DNA from: a virus
Lineage: Duplodnaviria; Heunggongvirae; Uroviricota; Caudoviricetes
Virus record (IMG/VR): IMGVR_UViG_2713896899_000004
Direction: 5' to 3' (one strand)
DNA: 38,860 nt
The notes beneath the pieces were generated by a model. That model did no database searches, was not told the DNA's origin, and saw only the letters and a program-made list of their open reading frames with translations. Position 1 is the first letter of the stretch; every line of letters begins with the position of its first letter. Of the stretch, positions 26,657 to 35,432 are shown one piece after another. A program made the translations under genes and the position numbers.

Positions 26657-27679
26657 ATGTCTAAGACATTACTTGATTTGCTTAACAAAACTCGTGAAGA
26701 CATTGCCGCCAAACGTGGCAAAAACACTGATTTGACCCGCTTAAAAGACGGCATCAACTATATCCGCATCTTCCCTAATAAAGACGACCCGAATGGTAAG
26801 TTCTTCCAGACTTTTGGTATGCACTACATTAAGTATCAGAACGAGGAAGGTAAAGAAGCAACCAATGCTTATATTTGTGAGCAACATACTCACGGTCGCG
26901 CTTGTCAGCTATGCGAAATGGTGATGGAAGGTCGCGCTCGTCACAAGGGTAACAAAGCAATGGAAGAGCGCATCGGTCAAATGCGTGCAACCCCTCGCTA
27001 CCTGGTAAACGGCATTCTTTCAACTCGTGAGGATTTCTCCGATGCAGAGAAATGTCAGTTAATCGAACTGCCTTCCACTGTGTTCGATGATATCTGCAAA
27101 GCAATCACCGAAGACATCGCTGACGATATCGGCAATCCATTAAGCAAAGAGGAAGGTTACGCATTTCAAATTAAGCGCACAGGCTCTGGTCGCGATACAG
27201 AATATGACGTTTCACCAAAACGTAAAGTCTTCAAAGGTGATATCGAAGATAAATTCTGGAACAACCAACATGACCTGATTGCTTATGTGAATCAGGCCGA
27301 TGAAACTCGCCTTCTTGCGACAGTTCGCACTATGGGTCGTCTGATTGGCATCGCTGCACCAACTGCCACTGCATCGGCACCAGCAATTTCCTCAACAGCG
27401 AAAACATCGGCCTCTGCACTGCCTGGATTTGGCTCGATCACTGGTCATACGGAAGGAGCGACGGCTGTAGCAACCGCCCACACTCCAGCTTCTGAACCAA
27501 CCAGTCTGGTTGATGAAGAAGTCCTGCGAGCAATGGAATCTGAATTTAAATCAGAAACAAGTTCTGCTGCCGCATCAGCCAAAGAGTCTGAAGCAGACGC
27601 AACGACATCTGTAGCAGCCGCATCTGCGGCGGAAGATGAAGGTATTGATGACCTGCTGAAAGAACTGGAGTCTCTGTAA
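26657..27679 (+). CDS. Putative ssDNA-binding protein (gp32-like) with Ala/Ser/Thr-rich linker and acidic C-terminal tail
   Basis: Cys/His cluster (CEQHTHGRACQLC), flexible low-complexity linker and acidic tail EDEGIDDLLKELESL typical of SSB C-termini. Confidence 0.45.
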   Translation: MSKTLLDLLNKTREDIAAKRGKNTDLTRLKDGINYIRIFPNKDDPNGKFFQTFGMHYIKYQNEEGKEATNAYICEQHTHGRACQLCEMVMEGRARHKGNKAMEERIGQMRATPRYLVNGILSTREDFSDAEKCQLIELPSTVFDDICKAITEDIADDIGNPLSKEEGYAFQIKRTGSGRDTEYDVSPKRKVFKGDIEDKFWNNQHDLIAYVNQADETRLLATVRTMGRLIGIAAPTATASAPAISSTAKTSASALPGFGSITGHTEGATAVATAHTPASEPTSLVDEEVLRAMESEFKSETSSAAASAKESEADATTSVAAASAAEDEGIDDLLKELESL

Positions 27680-27688
27680 TCCCATTAC

Positions 27689-28684
27689 GTGACCAGTAAG
27701 GCGTCTACGGACGCCTTACTTTTTGGAAGGAATGTACCGGTGAATTATCTCTTCGTAGATGGCAATAGCCTGGGTTATTACCACCAACAATCTGACAAAT
27801 TGCACAACGGCGAAATGGAAGTACAGGCTGCTTTCGGCTTTGTTAAGAACGTCCGTCGTTATGCCTCCATCCTCCATGCCCGACCTATGATTCTTTGGGA
27901 TGGATTTAGTGACAAGCGTCGCGACTTTTACCCGGACTACAAAGCAAATCGCGACGACGATCCTGATATGAAAAAGATGAAGGAAGGCTTTGCTGTCCAG
28001 AAGCCATACATCCTCAAAATGATGACCGCGCTTGGTGTTAACCAAATCATTGCAAAAGATGCAGAAGCGGATGATCTGGCCGGGCTGCTGGTATCCCGCA
28101 TGGCACCGCAGCCAACCGTTGAACACATCTATCTGTTAACAGGCGATAGCGACTGGCTTCAGTTAGTTCGCGAAAACGTAAGCTGGGTAAGCCTGCGTGA
28201 AGACGCCAAAAACAAGCAGGTTAATTTTGAGCAATTTGCGGAGCTGACAGGATTCGCCACGCCTCGCGCATTTTTGGAAGCAAAAGCATTACAAGGCGAT
28301 AACTCGGACAACATTAGCGGTGTTGGTGGCATTGGTGCTGGCGGCGCGAAAGAGCTGCTGCATGAATGGGGAAGTGTCGCAACGATGGTACGCGGCATCA
28401 ACGACGGCTCAATCGTGGTTAATAAAGGGCGTCATAAGACCGCCTTCAACAAACTAGCGAAGAATGCCTTCAACGAGAAAACAGGCTGTCGAATGCTCGA
28501 AGCGTTCAAGAGAAACATCACGCTAATGAACCTGATTGAGACGAAGTTTCCGCCTACCGAAATCGAAACAATCAAAGGCAATCGTGACGTGAAAGCATTC
28601 GAGCAACTGTGCTATGAGCTGAATTTCCGTTCGTTCCTTGAAGACCTTGAAGTGTTTGTTCTTCCATTCGAAAGGTATTGCTAA
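27689..28684 (+). CDS. 5'-3' exonuclease / flap endonuclease (FEN family)
   Basis: LFVDGNSLGYY near the N-terminus, GDSDWLQL and a helix-hairpin-helix segment LQGDNSDNISGVGGIGAGGAKELL; start may be GTG 27740. Confidence 0.7.
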   Translation: MTSKASTDALLFGRNVPVNYLFVDGNSLGYYHQQSDKLHNGEMEVQAAFGFVKNVRRYASILHARPMILWDGFSDKRRDFYPDYKANRDDDPDMKKMKEGFAVQKPYILKMMTALGVNQIIAKDAEADDLAGLLVSRMAPQPTVEHIYLLTGDSDWLQLVRENVSWVSLREDAKNKQVNFEQFAELTGFATPRAFLEAKALQGDNSDNISGVGGIGAGGAKELLHEWGSVATMVRGINDGSIVVNKGRHKTAFNKLAKNAFNEKTGCRMLEAFKRNITLMNLIETKFPPTEIETIKGNRDVKAFEQLCYELNFRSFLEDLEVFVLPFERYC

Positions 28685-28950
28685 TGCTTAAATCGATTAT
28701 TAATGGCGCTACCACCACCCCTACCCAACTGGCAAAAGAGATTGTCTTTTATCACGGTGAGTACGCTGTCATCGCACTGCCGTCAATTCTAGGCGCTGCC
28801 GGAATGAGAGCGACAGATCGCGAGTTTGGATTAGTCAGCGAGCAGGTCGTAAAAATCCTCGCTCGTGTATCCAAACACCTTAACCACGATGCGATTGTAT
28901 TCGACGAATCCGCCGCTTTAAAACGAATCAACAAAACAAAAGGAGCCTGA
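28678..28950 (+). CDS. Hypothetical protein
   Basis: 90-aa ORF filling the gap between exonuclease and recombinase genes. Confidence 0.4.
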   Translation: MLMLKSIINGATTTPTQLAKEIVFYHGEYAVIALPSILGAAGMRATDREFGLVSEQVVKILARVSKHLNHDAIVFDESAALKRINKTKGA

Positions 28951-28952
28951 TC

Positions 28953-30026
28953 ATGGCAAAAGGAAAATCCGCACTGGCACTTGCTCTGAAAAAGAAAATC
29001 GGTAGCAACGACGAAATTCAGAAAGTAACCCATTGGATTGACACAGGCTTTCCTCCGTTAAACAAAGCTATTTCAGGTCGTTACGATGGCGGTTTCCCAT
29101 GTGGTCGTATCGTAGAAGTATTCGGGCCGCCAAGCGCGGGGAAAACCTTTTTGGCAACAGCAGCAATGATCTCCGCTCAGAAACAAGATGGTCTGGCGGT
29201 ATTCCTCGATCATGAGAACAGTTTTGACGTTGGCCTGGCGGTAGCCAATGGCCTGAATGCAGATGAGGATGACGGCCAGTGGGTATACAAGCAGCCTGAT
29301 ACCTTCGAAGACTCTGTAGAGTTGATCGGCACAATACTTAAATTGGTACGTGATGAAGAGCTTATCCCTGAATCAGCACCTATCTGTATCGTGGCTGACT
29401 CACTTGCGTCTATGGTTCCGAACTCCAAAGCCGAGAAGTTCGAAAAGATGGCTGAAGGCACTGCCAAAGACAAAGATCAGCTAAACATGAACGACAATAC
29501 GGCGCTTGCTCGTGCGACGAGCGCGAACTTCCCCACTCTGTCTTTGTGGGCACGCAAATATAACGCCTGCATCATCTTCTTGAATCAGGTTCGCACAAAA
29601 ATCGGTGTAATGTTTGGCGACCCTACGACGTCACCAGGCGGCGATTCACCGAAGTTTTACGCTTCTGTGCGCATCCGTCTCGGTGCATCGGTGATGAAGG
29701 ATGGTAAAGAGAAGATCGGTCAGGACGTAGGCGCAGAGTGCATCAAAAACAAAGTTGCACCACCGTATGGCAAATGCACCTGGAAATTCTACTTCGATCC
29801 TACTCGTGGCCTCGACGTTATCGAATCGCTCGTCGAGTACATGCTGGATGAAGGATACCTGCCAAAGAACGCCAGCGGGCGCGTAGAAATTGGTGACAAG
29901 AAATACACCAAATCACAGATCGTCGAGATGTATCGGGAGAAGCCACTAGCTGAAATCATTGCGGCTTTACAGGCAATCGACGACCGGAGATCAAAAGACA
30001 ATCCCACCGAGTCAGTAGAAGAGTAA
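28953..30026 (+). CDS. RecA/UvsX-family recombinase
   Basis: Walker A GPPSAGKTFLA; FLNQVRTKIGVMFGDPTTSPGGDSPKFYASVRIRLG closely parallels the RecA loop L2 region; RBS aaaggag. Confidence 0.75.
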   Translation: MAKGKSALALALKKKIGSNDEIQKVTHWIDTGFPPLNKAISGRYDGGFPCGRIVEVFGPPSAGKTFLATAAMISAQKQDGLAVFLDHENSFDVGLAVANGLNADEDDGQWVYKQPDTFEDSVELIGTILKLVRDEELIPESAPICIVADSLASMVPNSKAEKFEKMAEGTAKDKDQLNMNDNTALARATSANFPTLSLWARKYNACIIFLNQVRTKIGVMFGDPTTSPGGDSPKFYASVRIRLGASVMKDGKEKIGQDVGAECIKNKVAPPYGKCTWKFYFDPTRGLDVIESLVEYMLDEGYLPKNASGRVEIGDKKYTKSQIVEMYREKPLAEIIAALQAIDDRRSKDNPTESVEE

Positions 30027-30031
30027 ACACA

Positions 30032-30056
30032 AGGCGTCCACAGGACGCCTTTTTTA
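30032..30056 (+). terminator. Rho-independent terminator
   Basis: aggcgtcc-aca-ggacgcct followed by TTTTTT. Confidence 0.7.
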
Positions 30057-30070
30057 TCTCTTGAAAATAT

Positions 30071-30090
30071 ATAAGTACTTACTTATCATT
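30071..30090. promoter_or_regulatory. Dyad ataagta-ct-tacttatcatt, about 30 nt upstream of ORF 30119
   Basis: Shares the 14-mer tacttacttatcat with 13473-13486; TTGAAA lies just upstream. Confidence 0.5.
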
Positions 30091-30118
30091 TTCGCATAAC
30101 AACCACATAGGAAAACAC

Positions 30119-30319
30119 ATGATCAAAATCTATCTATTGGCAGTAGCCACAGGCCTTTCAGTGGCTCTCATCTACGGATTACTGGTTCCGTCGCTGATTT
30201 CTGCAAAGAGTGATTTGGCCGTCATGCTTGGAGTTCTCGTTGGTTTTGGTACTCCTGTAATCGGTCTTATTGCTGGTCGTAAGTTTATTAACTCATTAAT
30301 CAAAGCAAAGGGGAAATAA
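30119..30319 (+). CDS. Small two-helix membrane protein, upstream partner of the SPFH protein
   Basis: 66 aa, two hydrophobic helices; conserved aaaacacATG start context. Confidence 0.5.
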   Translation: MIKIYLLAVATGLSVALIYGLLVPSLISAKSDLAVMLGVLVGFGTPVIGLIAGRKFINSLIKAKGK

Positions 30320-30322
30320 GTA

Positions 30323-31153
30323 ATGAAGAAAGGTTTACTTGCAGTTGCTCTGGCGGCTATTTGCACAATGGGTCTTAGTGGCTGTGATCGCGTAGAGCCT
30401 GGATACGTTGGCATCAAAGTAAACAAATTAGGTGAAGACAAAGGGATTGGTGAAGTGGTTGGCGTTGGTCGCCAATGGACAGGTCTTAACACCGAACTTT
30501 ACGTATTCCCGACCTTCAAACAAATGAAGACCTACGACGAGCCGTTCACATTCCAGATGAGTGACGGTACTGCTATTGGTCACAAAATTGGCGTTGCGTA
30601 TCTGGTTAATCGTGACAAGGTAACGACGGTGTTCCAGACCTATCGCAAAGGCGTAGACGATATCACCGAATCAGATCTGCGTCAGAAAATTGCCGACTCT
30701 CTAAACCGTTTGGCCAGCCGTATGACCACTGACTCATTTATCGACGGTGGTAAGGCACAATTGCTGGACAACGCACTGAAAGATATTCAGAAAGAGATGT
30801 CTCCGGTTGGTATTGAGGTACTGAGCCTGTCATGGGTTGGAAAGCCTGATTACCCAAAAACCGTCATTGAATCTATCAACGCCAAAGTAACGGCTAACCA
30901 GCGTACTCTGCAACGTCAGCAGGAAGTTGAACAACGTAAAGCTGAGGCGAATATGCTACGTGAACAGGCTAATGGTGAAGCTGATGCTATCCGTGCTCGT
31001 GCGCAAGCAGAAGCAGACGCCATTCGTCTGCGCGGTGAAGCTCTGCGTCAAAACCCGAACGTTATGGAGCTGGAAGCCATCAATAAATGGAATGGCCAGT
31101 TACCGCAGTACATGACTCAAGGGGCTAACACTCCTTTCATTACAGTGAAATAA
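30323..31153 (+). CDS. SPFH / band-7 (prohibitin-like) domain lipoprotein
   Basis: Lipoprotein signal MKKGLLAVALAAICTMGLSGC; C-terminal Ala/Glu/Gln/Arg-rich coiled coil typical of SPFH proteins. Confidence 0.6.
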   Translation: MKKGLLAVALAAICTMGLSGCDRVEPGYVGIKVNKLGEDKGIGEVVGVGRQWTGLNTELYVFPTFKQMKTYDEPFTFQMSDGTAIGHKIGVAYLVNRDKVTTVFQTYRKGVDDITESDLRQKIADSLNRLASRMTTDSFIDGGKAQLLDNALKDIQKEMSPVGIEVLSLSWVGKPDYPKTVIESINAKVTANQRTLQRQQEVEQRKAEANMLREQANGEADAIRARAQAEADAIRLRGEALRQNPNVMELEAINKWNGQLPQYMTQGANTPFITVK

Positions 31154-31171
31154 CTCTCTTTGAGAAGATCA

Positions 31172-31195
31172 GGCGTCCAGTTGGACGCCGTTTTA
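31172..31195 (+). terminator. Rho-independent terminator
   Basis: ggcgtcca-gt-tggacgcc followed by TTTT; stem nearly identical to terminator 30032-30056. Confidence 0.65.
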
Positions 31196-31248
31196 TTCTC
31201 GTTATTATCACACACAAGAAAACAATTTGTTAAAAGGTTAAGTTAATT

Positions 31249-32073
31249 ATGCCCAACCACATTACAAACGAAATCCGAGTCATAGGTGGTACAAATAAAC
31301 AACGCTTAGATTTCATACGTGCCATAACTAACAAAAAAGGTCTAATTGACTTTAATACCATTTGCAGACGTCCGAAAAGTATAGAAATGGAAGAAAACAA
31401 TCATATCAGGCGCATGGCCTCTGCAATGGCGGGCGAAACAGTTTACGACTACATGTTCGGTGAATTAAAGACTCCAGAGCAGGTCGAATTAGCTATGCGT
31501 GAATCAGGAATGACACGCAAGGAAATTCGCAAAATCAAAGAGCAGGCTCTTATGCGGCTTGAGAATTATCGTCGCTATGGCTATTACTCGTGGTTTGACT
31601 GGTCGCGAGCTAATTGGGGAACAAAATGGAATGCCTACAACATCGAAATGCCCGTAAAACGTATCCCTACACGTATTAAGTACGGCCATAATTTCCGCCA
31701 TACACACGTTCGAGCATATGCAAAACGAATCTATAAAAAACGTCTTGCAAGACATGCCGCAACTGGTGGTGAGTTGGTGATTCGCTTTGAAACAGCCTGG
31801 TCTATGCCAAAACCAATTTATCAAGCGATGGCTAGAAAGTTCCCGCACCTTGAGTTTGTAATACGTTATGCAGACGAAGACTTCGGCAATAACTGCGGAT
31901 TCATTTTACTTCGCAACGGCAAATGGGAATATGACTACATTGCACCGGCGAATAACGAACAATCGTCAGAAGAAAAAATCAAATGGCGCAAGTTCGCCTT
32001 TGAGTTATGTTGTCCGGGTATTACTCCACAAGAATACGGTCTAAATGAAGAATACGAATACGCCGGATATTAA
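31249..32073 (+). CDS. Hypothetical protein
   Basis: 274-aa ORF, basic, Trp/Tyr-rich; no motif recognised. Confidence 0.5.
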   Translation: MPNHITNEIRVIGGTNKQRLDFIRAITNKKGLIDFNTICRRPKSIEMEENNHIRRMASAMAGETVYDYMFGELKTPEQVELAMRESGMTRKEIRKIKEQALMRLENYRRYGYYSWFDWSRANWGTKWNAYNIEMPVKRIPTRIKYGHNFRHTHVRAYAKRIYKKRLARHAATGGELVIRFETAWSMPKPIYQAMARKFPHLEFVIRYADEDFGNNCGFILLRNGKWEYDYIAPANNEQSSEEKIKWRKFAFELCCPGITPQEYGLNEEYEYAGY

Positions 32074-32106
32074 AGAATTGTCATTTGGCTTTACGCACGA
32101 AGCATA

Positions 32107-32859
32107 GTGGTTAAGAAGATGAAAAGAAAAATTGAAGAACCAAAAACGACACTTAATAAACATGGGGAAAAAATTCAAACACACCCAGCGTTCGGTCTTG
32201 TGAAAACAAGCCGTGTTAACACGACTGGCATTCGCCTATTTGATTCAGAACTGGAACATAGAGACTATATTGAAATAGGCGTTTACGAGGCTGAACTGTC
32301 CTTAGACAATGAACGAACCCGGCCACAAAGGAGTAGCAATAGACGGCCTTTAGTTGAAATTAGACTTAGCCAGGCACAATGGGCTGCTATGGTTAGCAGT
32401 TTTGGCGTGGGCGAAGGTGTGCCATGTACTATTTCATATAAAACCATTGGCGACTCAATTAGAGTTCATGATATTGCCGAGCAAAAAAGTATTCGGCAAA
32501 AATTCAACGATCAAATAAAGGCAGCTACGAATAGTGAGATTGATCGACTTAATCAGCAAGTTTCAGAGCTAGGTGAGCTTGTGAAAAAAGGAAGAGCTGG
32601 AAAACGTGACCTTGAAGAACTATATAGAAAACTTGCATCTGCTGTAGCTAACCTTCCTGAAAATCTGTGCTTTGCTACCGAATTAATGCAGGAGCAAATG
32701 GATGAAATTGTCTCATCTGGAAAGGCGGAGATTGAGGCGTATGTTGCAGGCACTGTTATGCGTAAAGGGTTAGCAGCATTAGGCACAGAATCATGCATTA
32801 ACGATGATCCTACTGTCTCTATCACCAAAATGGAAAGCGGTAAAGAATTACTGCCATAA
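32107..32859 (+). CDS. Hypothetical protein
   Basis: 250-aa ORF; start uncertain (GTG 32107 or ATG 32119). Confidence 0.45.
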   Translation: MVKKMKRKIEEPKTTLNKHGEKIQTHPAFGLVKTSRVNTTGIRLFDSELEHRDYIEIGVYEAELSLDNERTRPQRSSNRRPLVEIRLSQAQWAAMVSSFGVGEGVPCTISYKTIGDSIRVHDIAEQKSIRQKFNDQIKAATNSEIDRLNQQVSELGELVKKGRAGKRDLEELYRKLASAVANLPENLCFATELMQEQMDEIVSSGKAEIEAYVAGTVMRKGLAALGTESCINDDPTVSITKMESGKELLP

Positions 32860-32879
32860 ATGTATCTGAGGTACTGACA

Positions 32880-33269
32880 ATGCTTTTAATTCAACCTGGG
32901 TTCGGTTTAAAGATAAAAAAAGGACATATGTTCGGTTTCAAAGAATCGAAACGAAAAATTCTGTCCATTAGATTGCCGTTTATCACCATTCATTGGTTAA
33001 ACAGAGAGTCAACCGATTATTGGTATAAATGTGCTCTGGCCGCATTTAACGACCCTGACTGGTTTATAGAAAACCACCATGCTGTTCGTCAGGCAAAGAG
33101 AAAAGCTAATACGACATACATGAAGGCGTATCGGAAGGCATGGAAAGAACACCGCGATCGATACCAAAAAGACATGGAGAAACTTGAATTGGAAAATATG
33201 GATCTAAGAAGGAAGCTCGGTGAAGCACGGCGAGATATTGAAGCATATAAACGTCTTGTATCGGAGTGA
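32880..33269 (+). CDS. Hypothetical protein with basic coiled-coil C-terminus
   Basis: RBS gagg upstream of ATG; 129 aa. Confidence 0.45.
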   Translation: MLLIQPGFGLKIKKGHMFGFKESKRKILSIRLPFITIHWLNRESTDYWYKCALAAFNDPDWFIENHHAVRQAKRKANTTYMKAYRKAWKEHRDRYQKDMEKLELENMDLRRKLGEARRDIEAYKRLVSE

Positions 33270-33332
33270 ATATATCTTTGCTTTATTTTTTTCAAAGGTG
33301 ATTATTTTCCTATTTATAAGGAGAAGTAAAAC

Positions 33333-33758
33333 ATGGCAGCAATTAAGAAACTCTACGATGCCGCAAACGCGGCTCTGGATGTTATTGATGATGAAGTATC
33401 AAAAGGCTTTCCTGAACCTGATTGGGCGCATCAGCTACGAAACGCTATCGCCGAAATGAATCCACCAAATCCGACAACCGACGAGACAGACTGGCAGCGA
33501 TTTATCCGTATGTACGCTCAGGAAATAGGTCCAACGCCAACGGCAGAGCAAGCAATGCTGCTGAAATACTTCAAAGAGGCGGGAGAGGATTTACCAATTG
33601 ATGACTCAGCATATTGGTTCCACTGCGCATGGCGTAAGTATGACGTGATATTCACACAAGGCATGGGGAGCAAAGATATGGTTGTGTGGCATCTACTCCA
33701 TATAGACACAGCCGTTGACAGAGTTATTGAACAGTTTTTCCCTAAACAAGAAGATTGA
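33333..33758 (+). CDS. Hypothetical protein
   Basis: RBS aaggag upstream of ATG; 141 aa. Confidence 0.5.
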   Translation: MAAIKKLYDAANAALDVIDDEVSKGFPEPDWAHQLRNAIAEMNPPNPTTDETDWQRFIRMYAQEIGPTPTAEQAMLLKYFKEAGEDLPIDDSAYWFHCAWRKYDVIFTQGMGSKDMVVWHLLHIDTAVDRVIEQFFPKQED

Positions 33759-33813
33759 TCGCCTATTCATAACTAACAAAATAAGTAAACACTAACCACA
33801 AAAGGAAAAACAC

Positions 33814-34089
33814 ATGAGAGTTTTAGTTCGAATCGTTACCAGCACTGTCTATGACGTGTTTCCGCTTTTTATGGTCAAAGCCGATGGTCTTAACGACGAA
33901 GAAACTGACGCACTGATCCAGCGTATTCTCGTTGAATATACAGGTCATGACGCTGATTCAGTGATGGTTGATGATGATGGTGTTTGTTGGCATAACGGCA
34001 ACTGTTGGTACGTAGAAGAGACTCAACAAATCAGTGATGAAGATGCCGCACATCTTGAGCGTATTTTAAGCATCAGCACTTTTGAGTGA
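33814..34089 (+). CDS. Hypothetical acidic protein
   Basis: Conserved aaaggaaaaacacATG start context; 91 aa. Confidence 0.5.
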   Translation: MRVLVRIVTSTVYDVFPLFMVKADGLNDEETDALIQRILVEYTGHDADSVMVDDDGVCWHNGNCWYVEETQQISDEDAAHLERILSISTFE

Positions 34090-34128
34090 GTTTACAGTAA
34101 AATTTATATAAGTTAGTATCTACCTATC

Positions 34129-34308
34129 ATGAAGATTTTTATTGAATACTTGTTACTCATCGTGTCAATAGCTTTTGTCATCGACTGCATTTTCACTGGT
34201 GTCATTCGTAAAGTCTTTTCCCCGGTGAACGACGTAGTCATAAACGCTTTGGCTATCGTGCTCGTATTTAATTCAGCATTTGATGTAATCAAAGAGGTGG
34301 CAGCATGA
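34129..34308 (+). CDS. Small membrane protein (59 aa), not in the ORF track
   Basis: ATG at 34129, hydrophobic helix (LLLIVSIAFVIDCIF), ATGA overlap with the next gene. Confidence 0.35.
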   Translation: MKIFIEYLLLIVSIAFVIDCIFTGVIRKVFSPVNDVVINALAIVLVFNSAFDVIKEVAA

Positions 34309-34640
34309 AGGCCATCCCATTCGCGCTGTTGTTCCTTTCTTCGATCGTTGTGGCCGACACCACTGTTTATCAGTGTGAAATGTCTGTAGCCGACGTTAAG
34401 AATGGCGCTCTTACCGACGTCATAAAAGCACCATATGGAGCGATGGTCGTAGACAGCGGCGACCAGTTCTATGTTGTGCGTGACGATCGAGTGTTGTCAT
34501 CCCCATATCTCACAAACCGTAATGGCAAATTAACCGGCGTCGGAGAAGACCACTTCGTATACAACAAATACAAGGGCTTCTATGGCGTTCACGCTTCTCA
34601 GCAAAGCTACCTTTTCGATGACTGCAAGGAGGTTGGATAA
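34305..34640 (+). CDS. Secreted / periplasmic protein (cleavable signal peptide)
   Basis: N-terminus MKAIPFALLFLSSIVVA followed by DTT; 111 aa. Confidence 0.5.
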   Translation: MKAIPFALLFLSSIVVADTTVYQCEMSVADVKNGALTDVIKAPYGAMVVDSGDQFYVVRDDRVLSSPYLTNRNGKLTGVGEDHFVYNKYKGFYGVHASQQSYLFDDCKEVG

Positions 34641-34852
34641 TGGCATTAACACTGGCAGGTCTGGAAATCGAGAAAACAAGCGGATACTGGCGTGCTAAGG
34701 GTTTCAAGCAGCCTGGCGTTCTTGAGCGTCTGGAACGTGAAGATGGGTATATCGTCCACCAGCGGCGTGAATGGCGTATGTACGATCCAGAAACAGGAAA
34801 ACTGACTACAAAAGCCGGAACACTTTGGGGTCTGTTGAAGAAAATACACTAA
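34640..34852 (+). CDS. Hypothetical protein
   Basis: 70-aa ORF translationally coupled to the upstream gene. Confidence 0.45.
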   Translation: MALTLAGLEIEKTSGYWRAKGFKQPGVLERLEREDGYIVHQRREWRMYDPETGKLTTKAGTLWGLLKKIH

Positions 34853-34898
34853 ATGCAAACTGACTGCGGCTCGTTCCGCAGTCATATTTCATAGTCGT

Positions 34899-35432
34899 CA
34901 CCGCTGACAGCATACACAATCAACTGCCGCTGATAGCATATCGAGAGTCTATCTCACCGCTCACAGCATACTTTACTCGATTTTTTACCGCTGACAGCAT
35001 ACTTAAGACATTGCATGAATAATGTGTACCGGTATGGGTATAACCAGAACAAAATTACCGCTGGCAGCATACGAAGGTCTGACATATGCCATTAATTACC
35101 GCTGATAGCATATCCAAACAAAAATTCCTCAATAAAACACCGCAGACAGCATACGTTCTATCAGGGAGCAGCAGGCAATAAATGCCTTTCACTACAAGCA
35201 ATCAGCGCAATAGCAATAGAATGTTAGTGAGCGCAAACCTATATGGAATGCACTCTTCGAGGTTAGTAACCACTGGGGAGGTATGACAGAGCATTGAGTG
35301 GTGATAGATGATTTACCGCTCACAGCATACGTTCATCTCACTAGACCGCTGGTAGCATATCTTTAACCGTTCACAGCATACTTTTCAGAAAAATAGCCGC
35401 TGATAGCATACATTTCACCGCTGACAGCATAT
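34899..35432. repeat. Iteron array, about 12 copies of a 17-bp repeat (consensus yACCGCTGACAGCATAC), downstream of rep (copy-control, incA-like)
   Basis: Copies read at 34899, 34924, 34955, 34986, 35056, 35097, 35138, 35314, 35344, 35365, 35395 and 35416, in both orientations with irregular spacing. Confidence 0.8.

Noticed and set aside
34899-35432. Array of short direct repeats with variable spacers, which could be mistaken for a CRISPR array
   Set aside because: Repeats are only about 17 bp, occur in both orientations with irregular spacing, and flank a rep gene on both sides; this is the signature of plasmid iterons, and no cas genes are present.
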